This document shows positions 29,312-38,438 of a DNA stretch of 54,824 nucleotides, piece by piece. A program made the position numbers and the translations under genes. The DNA is taken from positions 1 through 54,824 of IMG/VR virus record IMGVR_UViG_3300025671_000082; one strand, 5' to 3'. The notes under the pieces are model-generated. The model made no database searches. It saw only the letters and a program-made list of their open reading frames with translations, and was not told the DNA's origin. Within the stretch, counting starts at the first letter, position 1; each line of letters starts with the position of its first letter. This stretch comes from a virus. Lineage: Duplodnaviria; Caudoviricetes.

Positions 29312-29338
29312 AATTTTTATGTATTATACGGGCTTTGT

Positions 29339-29360
29339 GGCCACCCCCGAAGGGATGACC
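29339..29360 (-). terminator. UUCG hairpin after tape measure, lacking a U-tract
   Basis: 21/22 identical to the hairpin at 17364-17385. Confidence 0.6.
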
Positions 29361-29368
29361 TGTGTTTG

Positions 29369-32300
29369 TTAACGAGATTTAAAGTTCTGTTCTCGATTTT
29401 GATTGTTTACACCAGCAGTAATTTGTGGCATCATCTTGACAATCTCTTGACGAGTTTGCCGCGTTACATCACCAGACACATTGATATTGAACACTTGTTG
29501 TTGTTGTTGTTGGTTCATAGCCTGACGAGCAACATCGTTCTTAGACAGCACTACTTCCCCCGGCATAAGCATAGCAGGGACAGAGTCTTTACCTGCTTGG
29601 GAGTAGGGTGTGCTTGGCACAATACCGCCTTGGGAGAACGCGAAAATCTTACCAAGGAAACCAATAGCAGTGGAAAGGAAGCCACCGCCACCTCCACCAC
29701 CACCAGCAAAGAGCTGAGTGATGTTGCTGAACAAGTCGCCAAAGAAACCAGAGAGTGTTTCCCCAAAGCCTTTGAGACTGGAGAAAATACCTTCAAAGAT
29801 ACCTCCTTCACCGTCAGTGCCTTGAAGCAAGCCAGCAAGATCAGCACCAAGTCCCTCTTGGTCTTGGAAGATCTTAGACAGGAAACCACCTTCAGCTGTT
29901 GCCTTTTCAAACAGGCTGTTAGTGAAACCGTCCACGAACTGGTCTATAATGGAACTGGTAAACTCATCAGCCAGAGCCGGGAGGATTTTACTAAAATCAC
30001 CTGTCTTCAGTGCGTCTTTGAAGCTGGAAGCAAAGACATTAGCGAAATTTTCCGCTGCTTGCTTACCAGAGCGTGTAGCACCGTCCGAGCCGTCTTCTGA
30101 GCCTGAATTACGCTTGCGTGCAGCTTCTTCTATACCTTCTGGATCTTTAGTACCACTTTCAACTGCAAGTTCAGCGGCTCTTAAGTTATAACGCTCTCGG
30201 GCTTTTCTAAGCTCAAGAAGAACATCTCCGGCCAAATGCCAGTTGTCAGCTTTAGTTTGTGCTTCGTATTCGGCTTCTAAAGCTTCAACATTTCGTTTTA
30301 AGGTTGCCAGACCACCGTCACCAAACTTTTGAGGCATAATACCGGCGTTGATTCTAGCCATAAAGCCAGCGCCGAACTTCCGTACAGCAGAGGCTTTCAT
30401 TACAAACTCACCATCAGAGAGCATCGCAGGGATACTGTCTGAAGTGGCTGTACCGGGGCCACTTACATAGCCTCCTGTTGCGAAGCCTTTACGGCTTTTT
30501 ACCCGATTGGCCGAACTGCCTTGATCAGTGTTGACCACAGACTTAACCGCTTCCGCAACCCCAGACAAGAAGTCTTTCACCTGGTTGAACTTTTCTTCAA
30601 GGTAATCAAAGAAAACGATAAAAGGGGCCTTGATAGCGTCAACAACAAGCTGGGCAGCTTCTCCAACTTCACTCTTCATATCCGTTATAGCATCAGCAAT
30701 TGTGTAGCTATCTGAGCCTGCTGCCTTAAGAAGCTTACCAAGAGTCTTTAAAGGTGCAAGAGCGATACGAATAAGCCCATCAAAAGCACCTGCCATGTCT
30801 TTAGCGAGTTGACTGTCAATACCAAAGTATTCAAGAACTTTTTGTGCAATTCCTGAAACCCAACCGCCAACAAGTTCGTCTAAATCCCAATTCTCAATAG
30901 CCAATACTGCAGCAAGAGCTGCGATAATAGCCGCACCAACAGGGTTTAAGATCACAGGAGCGAGGGTAGTAATAGCAAATTTAGCCACATTACCAAACAA
31001 TCCAGATAAAAGCTTTTTAACAAATTTAAGAACAATTGCGGGATTAATTATAAAAGCACCAATAGCGAGACCAACAGCGGTGGCTAAATTTGAAGAAAAA
31101 CCTTCTTCAAACTCGGTACCAAACAAACCTTCAAGAAGACCTGTGCCTATAGCATTTGCTATGTTGCCTAGGCCGCTAAGTATATCACCTATTATATCTC
31201 CTTCGCCTTCGGAAAGAAATTTACCTAAGGCTTCACCAAAACCACTTGCGGTGTCTCTGACTGCTGCAAGGAAGGCTTCATCGTCCCCAAGGTTAGCGGC
31301 AGCAAGCAAGAATGCTCCGATAATACCACCTCTAATTGCTATTCCTCGGAGAGGCTTGTTAAGAGCTAAAGCAAGGGCAGTAGTAATCGAAGCCGAAATA
31401 ATATTTGCGTTACCTTCAAAGAAGCCTGTAATAGTATCTTTAATTTCAGTTAGGCTTTCTGTAATATCCCCGATTAGCAACTTTACACCAACAAAGATCG
31501 GAGTGCTTTTGGTTGCTTCTGTAACGTTATTGATTGTTTCTCTAAGTTTCTCAATCAAAACAGATTGAGTATCATCAGGCGTAGCAGTATCAGGAGCCTC
31601 AAGAGGTGTAAGTGCCTCAGTACCTTGCCCAAAAGACATTACCTTTTGGAAGAAACCGTTAAAAGCCACCTCCATACGTCGCAAAACAACACCAAACTGG
31701 GTCTCTACTGTTTTAATACCTGCGGGTGTGTCTATCTCTTTAGTTGTTAGAAAGCCATAAAACTCACCCCACCGGGTTTCCATTTCAACTACAACTTTAT
31801 CCCAAGTTTCACCAACTGTACGAAGCGCCCTACCGAAGTTAGTTTCAACTTCTTCAGGCCCACCGGGGGTTTGAACAGTTTTAGTTGTTAAGTAAGAAGT
31901 AAAATTAGACCAAGCCTCTCGCATACGTGAAAGAGCATCATTAAAGTTTTGTGGAAGGCTATCGAAAGTAACTTCGTCAAAGCTCAAGTTATTTACATAA
32001 TTGACAAGATCAGACCATTTCTTTGTAGCACCATTATAAAGGTTCTGGAATAGAGCTATAAGGGCTTCTTTCCAATTATTTATAACTTCTGCAACACTAT
32101 TAAGAAACCCTTTCCACACTTCAGTATTACCGATAGCTGGTTTTCCGTCTTTTTCGCGGCTGGGGTCAAAGATTGCTGGCCAAAAACTGTTCCCACTGAC
32201 AGCTCGCCATAACTCATAAAAATAAGATATGATAGTCCCAACAAAAGTACTAACAGTTTGGATAGCAGCACCAAGATTAGTAAACAAACCTTTAGACAGG

Positions 32301-33382
32301 TCTATAGCCTCTGGTATAATAGTTTCAAGAGAGAAATCCGAAAAGACTTCGCTTATAGTTCCCTTAACTTCTTCTACTTTCGTTTTTATTTTTTCTTTTA
32401 GCCCTTCTAGCGAAGCTATAAAAGTTTCTGCTAACTGGGTTCCATCAATGCTTCCTGAAAACAAATTTCCCAAAGCGTCTTTAACGTCTTCGGTAAAGGC
32501 AATAACTCTAACTTTTCCAATTAACAGTCGAGAACCAAGCACAAATGCCCAATCACCAATGTTCTCACCAAAGAATCTAACTGCATTTGTAGCAGCGATA
32601 ATTACTGATTTGATCTTTTCCGAGACACCGACTACCTTGTCTAACTCAGCTACAGCACGAGTAAATTCGTTGCCAAAGACAGTACCAAGCCCTGCCACGG
32701 TCGCATTAAGCGTCCCAAATTCGGTTTCAATTTCTGCTGCACCTGAAAGAATAGCGTCAAAGACTGCTTCTGCTTCAAGCTTACCTTCTTTCGCTTTTTC
32801 ACGGAGTTTTCCAAAAGGAATCCCCATACCATCAGCGATAGCCTGAGCAAGCCTTGGCATTTGTTCAAGCACAGAGTTTAGTTCTTCGCCCCTAAGTTGT
32901 CCTGAAGCCAGACCCTGACCAAGCTGAATAATAGCATTCTTTGCAGACTCAGCCGACGCACCAGAAATAGTAGCTGCCTTCTGAACAGCCTCTGTAACAA
33001 CTAGAAGCTCTTGAACAGACCTGCCTGATCCTTGCAAAGATAGACCAAAGCGGTTAAATGTTTCGGCTGCTGTTCCAACATCACCCCTTGAACGAGCAGC
33101 AACATCAAACAACTTCTTTAGTACGACTTGGGTTTGTTTTGCATCTTTAGTAACAAGATTTACCCTGTTACTCAAGTTAGTCATAGAGTCAGCTGCGCGA
33201 GTAATCCCTTTTACAAGAGTTGCACTACCAATAGCTGCAGTAATCCCGATAGCAAGCTTTTGAAAAGTTCGTGTTACATTTTTAGCCTGTTTATCAAGGC
33301 TATCCATAGATAAATTAAGTTTACGTAGCTCGTTTTGAGCTTGCCGAGCATCTGCGCGGACTTTGATATTGACACCTGTCAT
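29369..33382 (-). CDS. Tail tape measure protein
   Basis: QLGQGLASGQLRGEELNSVLEQ tape-measure domain; FATGGYVSGPGT..SDSIPAMLSDGEFV; 1337 aa, Ala/Gly-rich. Confidence 0.93.
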   Translation of the reverse strand: MTGVNIKVRADARQAQNELRKLNLSMDSLDKQAKNVTRTFQKLAIGITAAIGSATLVKGITRAADSMTNLSNRVNLVTKDAKQTQVVLKKLFDVAARSRGDVGTAAETFNRFGLSLQGSGRSVQELLVVTEAVQKAATISGASAESAKNAIIQLGQGLASGQLRGEELNSVLEQMPRLAQAIADGMGIPFGKLREKAKEGKLEAEAVFDAILSGAAEIETEFGTLNATVAGLGTVFGNEFTRAVAELDKVVGVSEKIKSVIIAATNAVRFFGENIGDWAFVLGSRLLIGKVRVIAFTEDVKDALGNLFSGSIDGTQLAETFIASLEGLKEKIKTKVEEVKGTISEVFSDFSLETIIPEAIDLSKGLFTNLGAAIQTVSTFVGTIISYFYELWRAVSGNSFWPAIFDPSREKDGKPAIGNTEVWKGFLNSVAEVINNWKEALIALFQNLYNGATKKWSDLVNYVNNLSFDEVTFDSLPQNFNDALSRMREAWSNFTSYLTTKTVQTPGGPEEVETNFGRALRTVGETWDKVVVEMETRWGEFYGFLTTKEIDTPAGIKTVETQFGVVLRRMEVAFNGFFQKVMSFGQGTEALTPLEAPDTATPDDTQSVLIEKLRETINNVTEATKSTPIFVGVKLLIGDITESLTEIKDTITGFFEGNANIISASITTALALALNKPLRGIAIRGGIIGAFLLAAANLGDDEAFLAAVRDTASGFGEALGKFLSEGEGDIIGDILSGLGNIANAIGTGLLEGLFGTEFEEGFSSNLATAVGLAIGAFIINPAIVLKFVKKLLSGLFGNVAKFAITTLAPVILNPVGAAIIAALAAVLAIENWDLDELVGGWVSGIAQKVLEYFGIDSQLAKDMAGAFDGLIRIALAPLKTLGKLLKAAGSDSYTIADAITDMKSEVGEAAQLVVDAIKAPFIVFFDYLEEKFNQVKDFLSGVAEAVKSVVNTDQGSSANRVKSRKGFATGGYVSGPGTATSDSIPAMLSDGEFVMKASAVRKFGAGFMARINAGIMPQKFGDGGLATLKRNVEALEAEYEAQTKADNWHLAGDVLLELRKARERYNLRAAELAVESGTKDPEGIEEAARKRNSGSEDGSDGATRSGKQAAENFANVFASSFKDALKTGDFSKILPALADEFTSSIIDQFVDGFTNSLFEKATAEGGFLSKIFQDQEGLGADLAGLLQGTDGEGGIFEGIFSSLKGFGETLSGFFGDLFSNITQLFAGGGGGGGGFLSTAIGFLGKIFAFSQGGIVPSTPYSQAGKDSVPAMLMPGEVVLSKNDVARQAMNQQQQQQVFNINVSGDVTRQTRQEIVKMMPQITAGVNNQNREQNFKSR

Positions 33383-33398
33383 TTGTTTTCCTCTAAAT

Positions 33399-33449
33399 AA
33401 AAAAGCCCCTAATGATAGAACCCGTATATCGGGAACACCATCAGGGGCT
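33399..33449 (-). terminator. Extended hairpin plus U-tract just upstream of tape measure
   Basis: AGCCCCU...AGGGGCU stem followed by UUUUUAUUU. Confidence 0.65.
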
Positions 33450-33458
33450 AATATCGTA

Positions 33459-33806
33459 TTAGATAGGGGTCACTAGACCAATTGTTGATAGTACTTGTTC
33501 GATAAAGTACTGCGGGGCTTGTTTCGAATGCCCATTGTTTAGATGTGAGATATGATCTACAGGGTTTAAGATTGAACCGCTAAGATACTGACCTCGTCTA
33601 GTTTTAATAACTAGGCTTCGCCATCCACTACGTGCTTCACCTGTATCAACAGGAGTCACTATCTTAAGTTGTGTTACGGCGTAATTAATACGCTCTTCAA
33701 TTTCAGCGTTAGCAAGGTCGAGTACTTCTTCCTCTATACGCCGCATTTCTTCTTCAAAGTTTACTATTTCTAAAGAGACAATTCCGCTCATTTGTTTTCT
33801 ACCCAA
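33459..33806 (-). CDS. HK97 gp10-like tail completion protein
   Basis: TPVDTG..R..W and GHSKQAP motifs. Confidence 0.75.
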   Translation of the reverse strand: MGRKQMSGIVSLEIVNFEEEMRRIEEEVLDLANAEIEERINYAVTQLKIVTPVDTGEARSGWRSLVIKTRRGQYLSGSILNPVDHISHLNNGHSKQAPQYFIEQVLSTIGLVTPI

Positions 33807-34425
33807 AATGGAGTCCAGTCAGACCCCTCTCTTTTGGCAGAGGCCATCATCATGTCTAAGAACTTACCTTTAGGTAGGCTCTTAGTGTCGGCTGGAATAT
33901 TTTCTTTAAGTTGCTTAAGTGAGGCAAACACATCTTCAGGTCTGCCTTTGTAGCCTTGTGCTTGGAGTAGCAGGAAGGTTCTTTGGTCTTCCCGCCACCC
34001 TACAGGTCTTTTACGAAAGTAGTCGCCCCACTTCATAAGCTCTTCCTGTGGCATTTCGGTTAACAACTTGTACACCGGGATACCCAAACAAAAAGCTATT
34101 TCATAAAGCGTCTCTTCAGAACCGCTTAGTTTCCCTCAGAGGCCCCCAAACCAGACACGCGCATAACGTGGCTCGAAAGTTCGGTAAGTTCACTCAGAGG
34201 GAACGAGTCGAAGTCTTCTTCGGTCAGGTCTTCTGCACCTATGACTGCGACCTTAATGATATCACAAAGGAGTTTCAACTGAGCTTTGTCGCTTTTAGAC
34301 TTTTCAGACGCCTTAATGACTTTCTGAAGTTCCATGATTTTACCAACGGTCAGTTTACGTACTTCTACTTCGTCGCCCATGAAAGGGACTTTTTCTGTCA
34401 ATTCTTTGTTAATGAGATGTTTCAT
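33788..34425 (-). CDS. Tail assembly chaperones gpG (34126-34425) and gpGT (-1 frameshift into 33788-34087)
   Basis: Slippery G GGA AAC at 34129-34135 directly before the stop; the -1 frame is open into the downstream ORF. Confidence 0.85.
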
Positions 34426-34441
34426 TTCTTTTTCTTTCTTA

Positions 34442-34678
34442 TTAATCTAGTTTATCTTTTTCTGAAAAGAGATTAGGGTTGTTTGATTGAAAGTCATCCA
34501 GCATTTTTCGCACCATATGTAGCACGGAAAGGGTCTCCATAATTTCACGACCCATTTCAGACTCATTATCAAAGTCTTGGAATCTCTCAAATGATTTTCG
34601 AATACTAATATCTACGCTTCTGCGCATATGACGGAAAGTCGTGCGCATAACATAGGATTTGCTAAAGGGTTTATCCAT
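34442..34678 (-). CDS. Hypothetical protein in tail module
   Basis: ORF track. Confidence 0.6.
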   Translation of the reverse strand: MDKPFSKSYVMRTTFRHMRRSVDISIRKSFERFQDFDNESEMGREIMETLSVLHMVRKMLDDFQSNNPNLFSEKDKLD

Positions 34679-34734
34679 GTCATATATCTCTGGTCAAGCA
34701 AGAAGGGGCCATTAAGCCCCTCCTTTAAAAAAAC

Positions 34735-35274
34735 TTACGATGCTGCGATAGTTGCAGGACCGAAGAAGTCAGACTGAGTAGACAGGGTAACGGTTGCTGT
34801 CGTAGCGTCTGTCAAAGCAGCGTTGACAAGGATAGCTTCGATTTTACCTGTGAAATAGAACTCTGTGTTATCAACAGCCAGAGTTGTGTCAGCACCTTCG
34901 TTTTCTGTGACTGCGCTTGCGCACATCATAAAGCGGAAAACACACTGTTGACCGATCAGGTTGTGGAAGGTTTCCATGTCGCCAGCATTGTAGTTAACAG
35001 TAACTTCAAGGCTAGGAGCATCAGCTTGACCTTGAACCTGCGAGGAGGTCTTTTGACCATAGACAGGAACGTTAACGATGTTTGCCGGTGTACCAACAGC
35101 GGGGAATTCCCGCACAGAAGGCATACGCTTAACGTCTGCGTCTACAGTACCGGGAGTGCTGCCAACAAACAGAGCCGCGCATTCAGCAGCTGTGTCTGTT
35201 CCGGCAGGGATCGTGCCTGTAAAGATGTCAAGGTATGTAAAGATACCTGCACCCAAAGATGAAATGTGAGCCAT
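34735..35274 (-). CDS. Major tail tube protein
   Basis: Position before the chaperones; size; GQADAPSLEVTVNY; followed by a hairpin. Confidence 0.75.
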   Translation of the reverse strand: MAHISSLGAGIFTYLDIFTGTIPAGTDTAAECAALFVGSTPGTVDADVKRMPSVREFPAVGTPANIVNVPVYGQKTSSQVQGQADAPSLEVTVNYNAGDMETFHNLIGQQCVFRFMMCASAVTENEGADTTLAVDNTEFYFTGKIEAILVNAALTDATTATVTLSTQSDFFGPATIAAS

Positions 35275-35279
35275 TTTAT

Positions 35280-35681
35280 TTATTCTCCGAATTTAGTAAA
35301 TGGAATTATATAGGATGCACTGTAGAGTGCTTTGTTTTGGGGGTCTAGCCCTTCTACGTTTAAATAGGATGTCTTAAGCCTTGTACCGTTAGGTAATGTT
35401 TTATTCTCAAGCAAGGTGTCAAGTATGTCGGAAATAACCATTACGCGACTTTGACCTTCACCTGCTTTAACAAAAATTTTAACTGCTACTAAGCCATTTG
35501 TTTGTTTCTCTACACCATAAGCAAGGTAAAAGCCATCAGACGGCATAACCTTTACTAGAACATACTCATCGTTACTACCAATAGTACCTAAGTAGTTATC
35601 AGGTACAGTTTTGATGTTATGAGTAGTCCAGCTAGAAGAACCAAAGACTGTTTCAATATCTCTAAGTATCGTGTCATACAT
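35280..35681 (-). CDS. Probable tail terminator protein
   Basis: Synteny and size. Confidence 0.6.
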   Translation of the reverse strand: MYDTILRDIETVFGSSSWTTHNIKTVPDNYLGTIGSNDEYVLVKVMPSDGFYLAYGVEKQTNGLVAVKIFVKAGEGQSRVMVISDILDTLLENKTLPNGTRLKTSYLNVEGLDPQNKALYSASYIIPFTKFGE

Positions 35682-36019
35682 TATACTTGCTCCCGTGTTA
35701 ACGACAGGGTAATAACAAACCCATCGTCTACGTGATCAGTAATTTTGTATACAGTGCTACCAACAGTTAAAGTATCATATCCATCAACAGACGTATTAGA
35801 CTTCATAAGAGCAGTACTTTGAAAAGCACCATCAGAAGGTTTGTTTGTTGTTTCTATAAAAACTTTAACAGTTTTGGAAGAAGTTCCTCCTACGGTTTTA
35901 CCTGTAGCAAAATCGTAGGAAGATACTGTCTTATTAGAGATAGTTGCTGAAACAGCCAAATCACCGATTGCTGCAAAAGCTTTATCCACAGCAGCGTTAA
36001 TTTTAGCTTTAAGGGACAT
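35681..36019 (-). CDS. Probable head closure/head-tail joining protein
   Basis: Synteny; YD..TG motif. Confidence 0.6.
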   Translation of the reverse strand: MSLKAKINAAVDKAFAAIGDLAVSATISNKTVSSYDFATGKTVGGTSSKTVKVFIETTNKPSDGAFQSTALMKSNTSVDGYDTLTVGSTVYKITDHVDDGFVITLSLTREQV

Positions 36020-36525
36020 TAATTAGCCCTCCACCACATACCGCCAACACCTGTTGCACCCTTGCGAACAAGCGGTCGGATAGGTTTAAGAGCAGTAGAT
36101 GGTTTCATAGGAACTCGTGTTGTGTCACCATTGCTATCTGAGAGACTGATAGACCCTACAGAGATAGACTCAAAGGTCTGAGTCTGCCCCATAAGGACGT
36201 CTTCATTGTCTACCAGATGCAAAGCTTGTTCGTATATAGCAGTCTTAACACGACTCGGTACTTCGGTTTCAGCTATAGTCACTTGAAGACCCAAACGGTC
36301 ATCATAGTAAATAGCGTTCTTCCGAGGCCAAGCCAAGGCTTGAGAGGAACTAACAGCAGAACCAATCCAAGCATTATCATCAATCAGCGAAGTAGCTGTG
36401 ACAAGAGCTTGTTCTTTGAGTTCGTCTTCAGCGGCAACCCAGTTGGCACTATCGATACGAGTCTCAAAGTATGTATCAGCGTCTGCTATCGAAACGTAGC
36501 TGTTTGTATTGAGTACAAGTGCCAT
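36019..36525 (-). CDS. Head-tail adaptor (DnaT-like family)
   Basis: NSYVS...AD.YF and QALAWPR motifs; follows capsid. Confidence 0.75.
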   Translation of the reverse strand: MALVLNTNSYVSIADADTYFETRIDSANWVAAEDELKEQALVTATSLIDDNAWIGSAVSSSQALAWPRKNAIYYDDRLGLQVTIAETEVPSRVKTAIYEQALHLVDNEDVLMGQTQTFESISVGSISLSDSNGDTTRVPMKPSTALKPIRPLVRKGATGVGGMWWRAN

Positions 36526-36545
36526 TAGTTCACTCTCCTAGTCTA

Positions 36546-37646
36546 TTAAGCGTGGAAGATCGGCAGGATGCCCAAGTTCAGTGCGTCCATTTTACGAGCA
36601 TACGAAGCGGCAGCACCAAAGGCAGCGTCTGTAGCGAAGGCAGTAGTTGCGCCAGCCCAGTCGTAACCCATCGGGTGCATCGCATAACCCCAGCGATACC
36701 AAACGTTGGTTGAGCCACCACCAGCGTAGGAAGCAGCGTTACGGTCAACTTCAACCGGCGTCGGAACAGGCATAGCTGCGGAAGCAACGGAACCCGGCTT
36801 GATGATGAAGGTCGTCTTGGTGGACTGAGCGTTAACTTCAGCTTCAGCCGACAGGTTGCCTTGGTTAGCACGAGTCATAATCAGACGGAACTTACCACCG
36901 AAGATGGTCGTGAATTCGATGTTGCCTTCAGTGACGGTTGTTTCGTCAACGAGGTTGGCAGCACGCATTTCAGCCATAACTTCAGGCGAAGTCACCATGT
37001 ACATGAAGTCCGGTTCATAGTCCTTGAAAGCTGCTCCGATGGAACGGAACAGGCGCTCACCACGAGCAGCACCAATAGCGGAGCTATCGAACAGTTTACG
37101 AGCATCGCCAGCGCCAGTAGCGGCTGCGCCGTGCAGGCCAGCAGCGTTAACGTCAACGAATGCGCCAACACCTGCTGTATCTGCGTTGGTGTCGAAGTCG
37201 ATCATACCGGAAGTCGTGCCGAGGCTAACTTCGTGAGCAGCAACACCTTTGAGAACTGCCAGCAGAGCGTCATGTTCGTCCTGTGCGCGAACTTCAGCGA
37301 AGTCACGGGCGATCTTTGCCAGACCGTCCTGCTTGGAGACAACTTCCTGCATGTTAACTTGTTCTGCACCGAAAGTACGAACAGTCTTAACAAAGTCAGC
37401 AACGTCTGTGCTGATGCCGGTGTAGGTTCCGTCTGTAGCGGACGACAGCGAAGCAACGTTCACAGTGGCCGACAGAGGCTTGTACCAGCGGAACTGACCG
37501 ATGAAGGATTCTCCCGACAGGTCAATGCGCTGATCAGCAGCAACAATACCTGTGCCGTTCAGCTTCTTAGCTGTGGTGTAGGCTTCGTCCGAGTAAGCGG
37601 AGATGGCCAGAGCAATGTTCTGGAAATCAGTGTTAGAAATAGGCAT
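36546..37646 (-). CDS. Major capsid protein
   Basis: 366 aa after the scaffold; strong codon bias; VEVDR...GGG...HPMGY C-terminus. Confidence 0.85.
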   Translation of the reverse strand: MPISNTDFQNIALAISAYSDEAYTTAKKLNGTGIVAADQRIDLSGESFIGQFRWYKPLSATVNVASLSSATDGTYTGISTDVADFVKTVRTFGAEQVNMQEVVSKQDGLAKIARDFAEVRAQDEHDALLAVLKGVAAHEVSLGTTSGMIDFDTNADTAGVGAFVDVNAAGLHGAAATGAGDARKLFDSSAIGAARGERLFRSIGAAFKDYEPDFMYMVTSPEVMAEMRAANLVDETTVTEGNIEFTTIFGGKFRLIMTRANQGNLSAEAEVNAQSTKTTFIIKPGSVASAAMPVPTPVEVDRNAASYAGGGSTNVWYRWGYAMHPMGYDWAGATTAFATDAAFGAAASYARKMDALNLGILPIFHA

Positions 37647-37673
37647 TTTATTAGTCCTTTAGAATGCTATAAA

Positions 37674-38363
37674 TTATAGGTTAAAGTTACCTAGTTTACC
37701 TTTCGCGGCAAGAGCTAGAATTTCTTGAGTTGTTAGTTCACCAATAGGTTTGGTGACATCAGTGGAAGGCGCTCCAGCCGGATTGCCTGTTCCTGCACCA
37801 GTGTTAGACTTAACACGGAACAGGAATGAGTTGTCTTCGGATTTAGCATAAGCTTCTACATAATCACGAATATTTGAACCTGTAGAGTGAACCCATTGAC
37901 CTTCTTCGTTTTGAACCAGTTGTTCAACAATTTCACGACGAGCCATGTCGCGTGATTTATCGTTGCGGAAATCCATACCAGCGAGTGCATCATTCAATAC
38001 ACTGTCTCGCTTAAGCTGCGTGGTTTCTTTTGCGTAAACTTCTAGTTTAGCTTTAGCTTCGGCAAGTTCCAGTTCAAGAGCTTCTTGAATTTTACCTTCT
38101 TCTTTCATACGGGCAATGGCTTCTTCTTTTTGTTTTGATTCCATTTCCGCTTTAAGCTTCAGGGCTTCATCCCGCTCTTTAGACATGCGGTCCATGTTTG
38201 CTTTCATCTTAGCCAGTCGTTCTTGAACGATAGCTTCAATGTCGTTTTCAGGGGTTTCTGGAGTTTCCTGAACTTCAGGAGTTTCTACAGTTTCTTCTAC
38301 AACAGTTTCTTCTGTTGTGTTTACTTCGTTCTGATTATCTTCAGTCATGTTATTTCCTTTCAA
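37674..38363 (-). CDS. Capsid scaffolding protein
   Basis: Acidic coiled-coil with G-rich tail directly before capsid; start may be ATG 38348. Confidence 0.75.
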   Translation of the reverse strand: MKGNNMTEDNQNEVNTTEETVVEETVETPEVQETPETPENDIEAIVQERLAKMKANMDRMSKERDEALKLKAEMESKQKEEAIARMKEEGKIQEALELELAEAKAKLEVYAKETTQLKRDSVLNDALAGMDFRNDKSRDMARREIVEQLVQNEEGQWVHSTGSNIRDYVEAYAKSEDNSFLFRVKSNTGAGTGNPAGAPSTDVTKPIGELTTQEILALAAKGKLGNFNL

Positions 38364-38438
38364 GCACAGCTTGGGTTATATGTGTAAGTTTGAGTCACAG
38401 ACTCTATTAATTAGTTGAAGGCGTAAATATTACAAATA

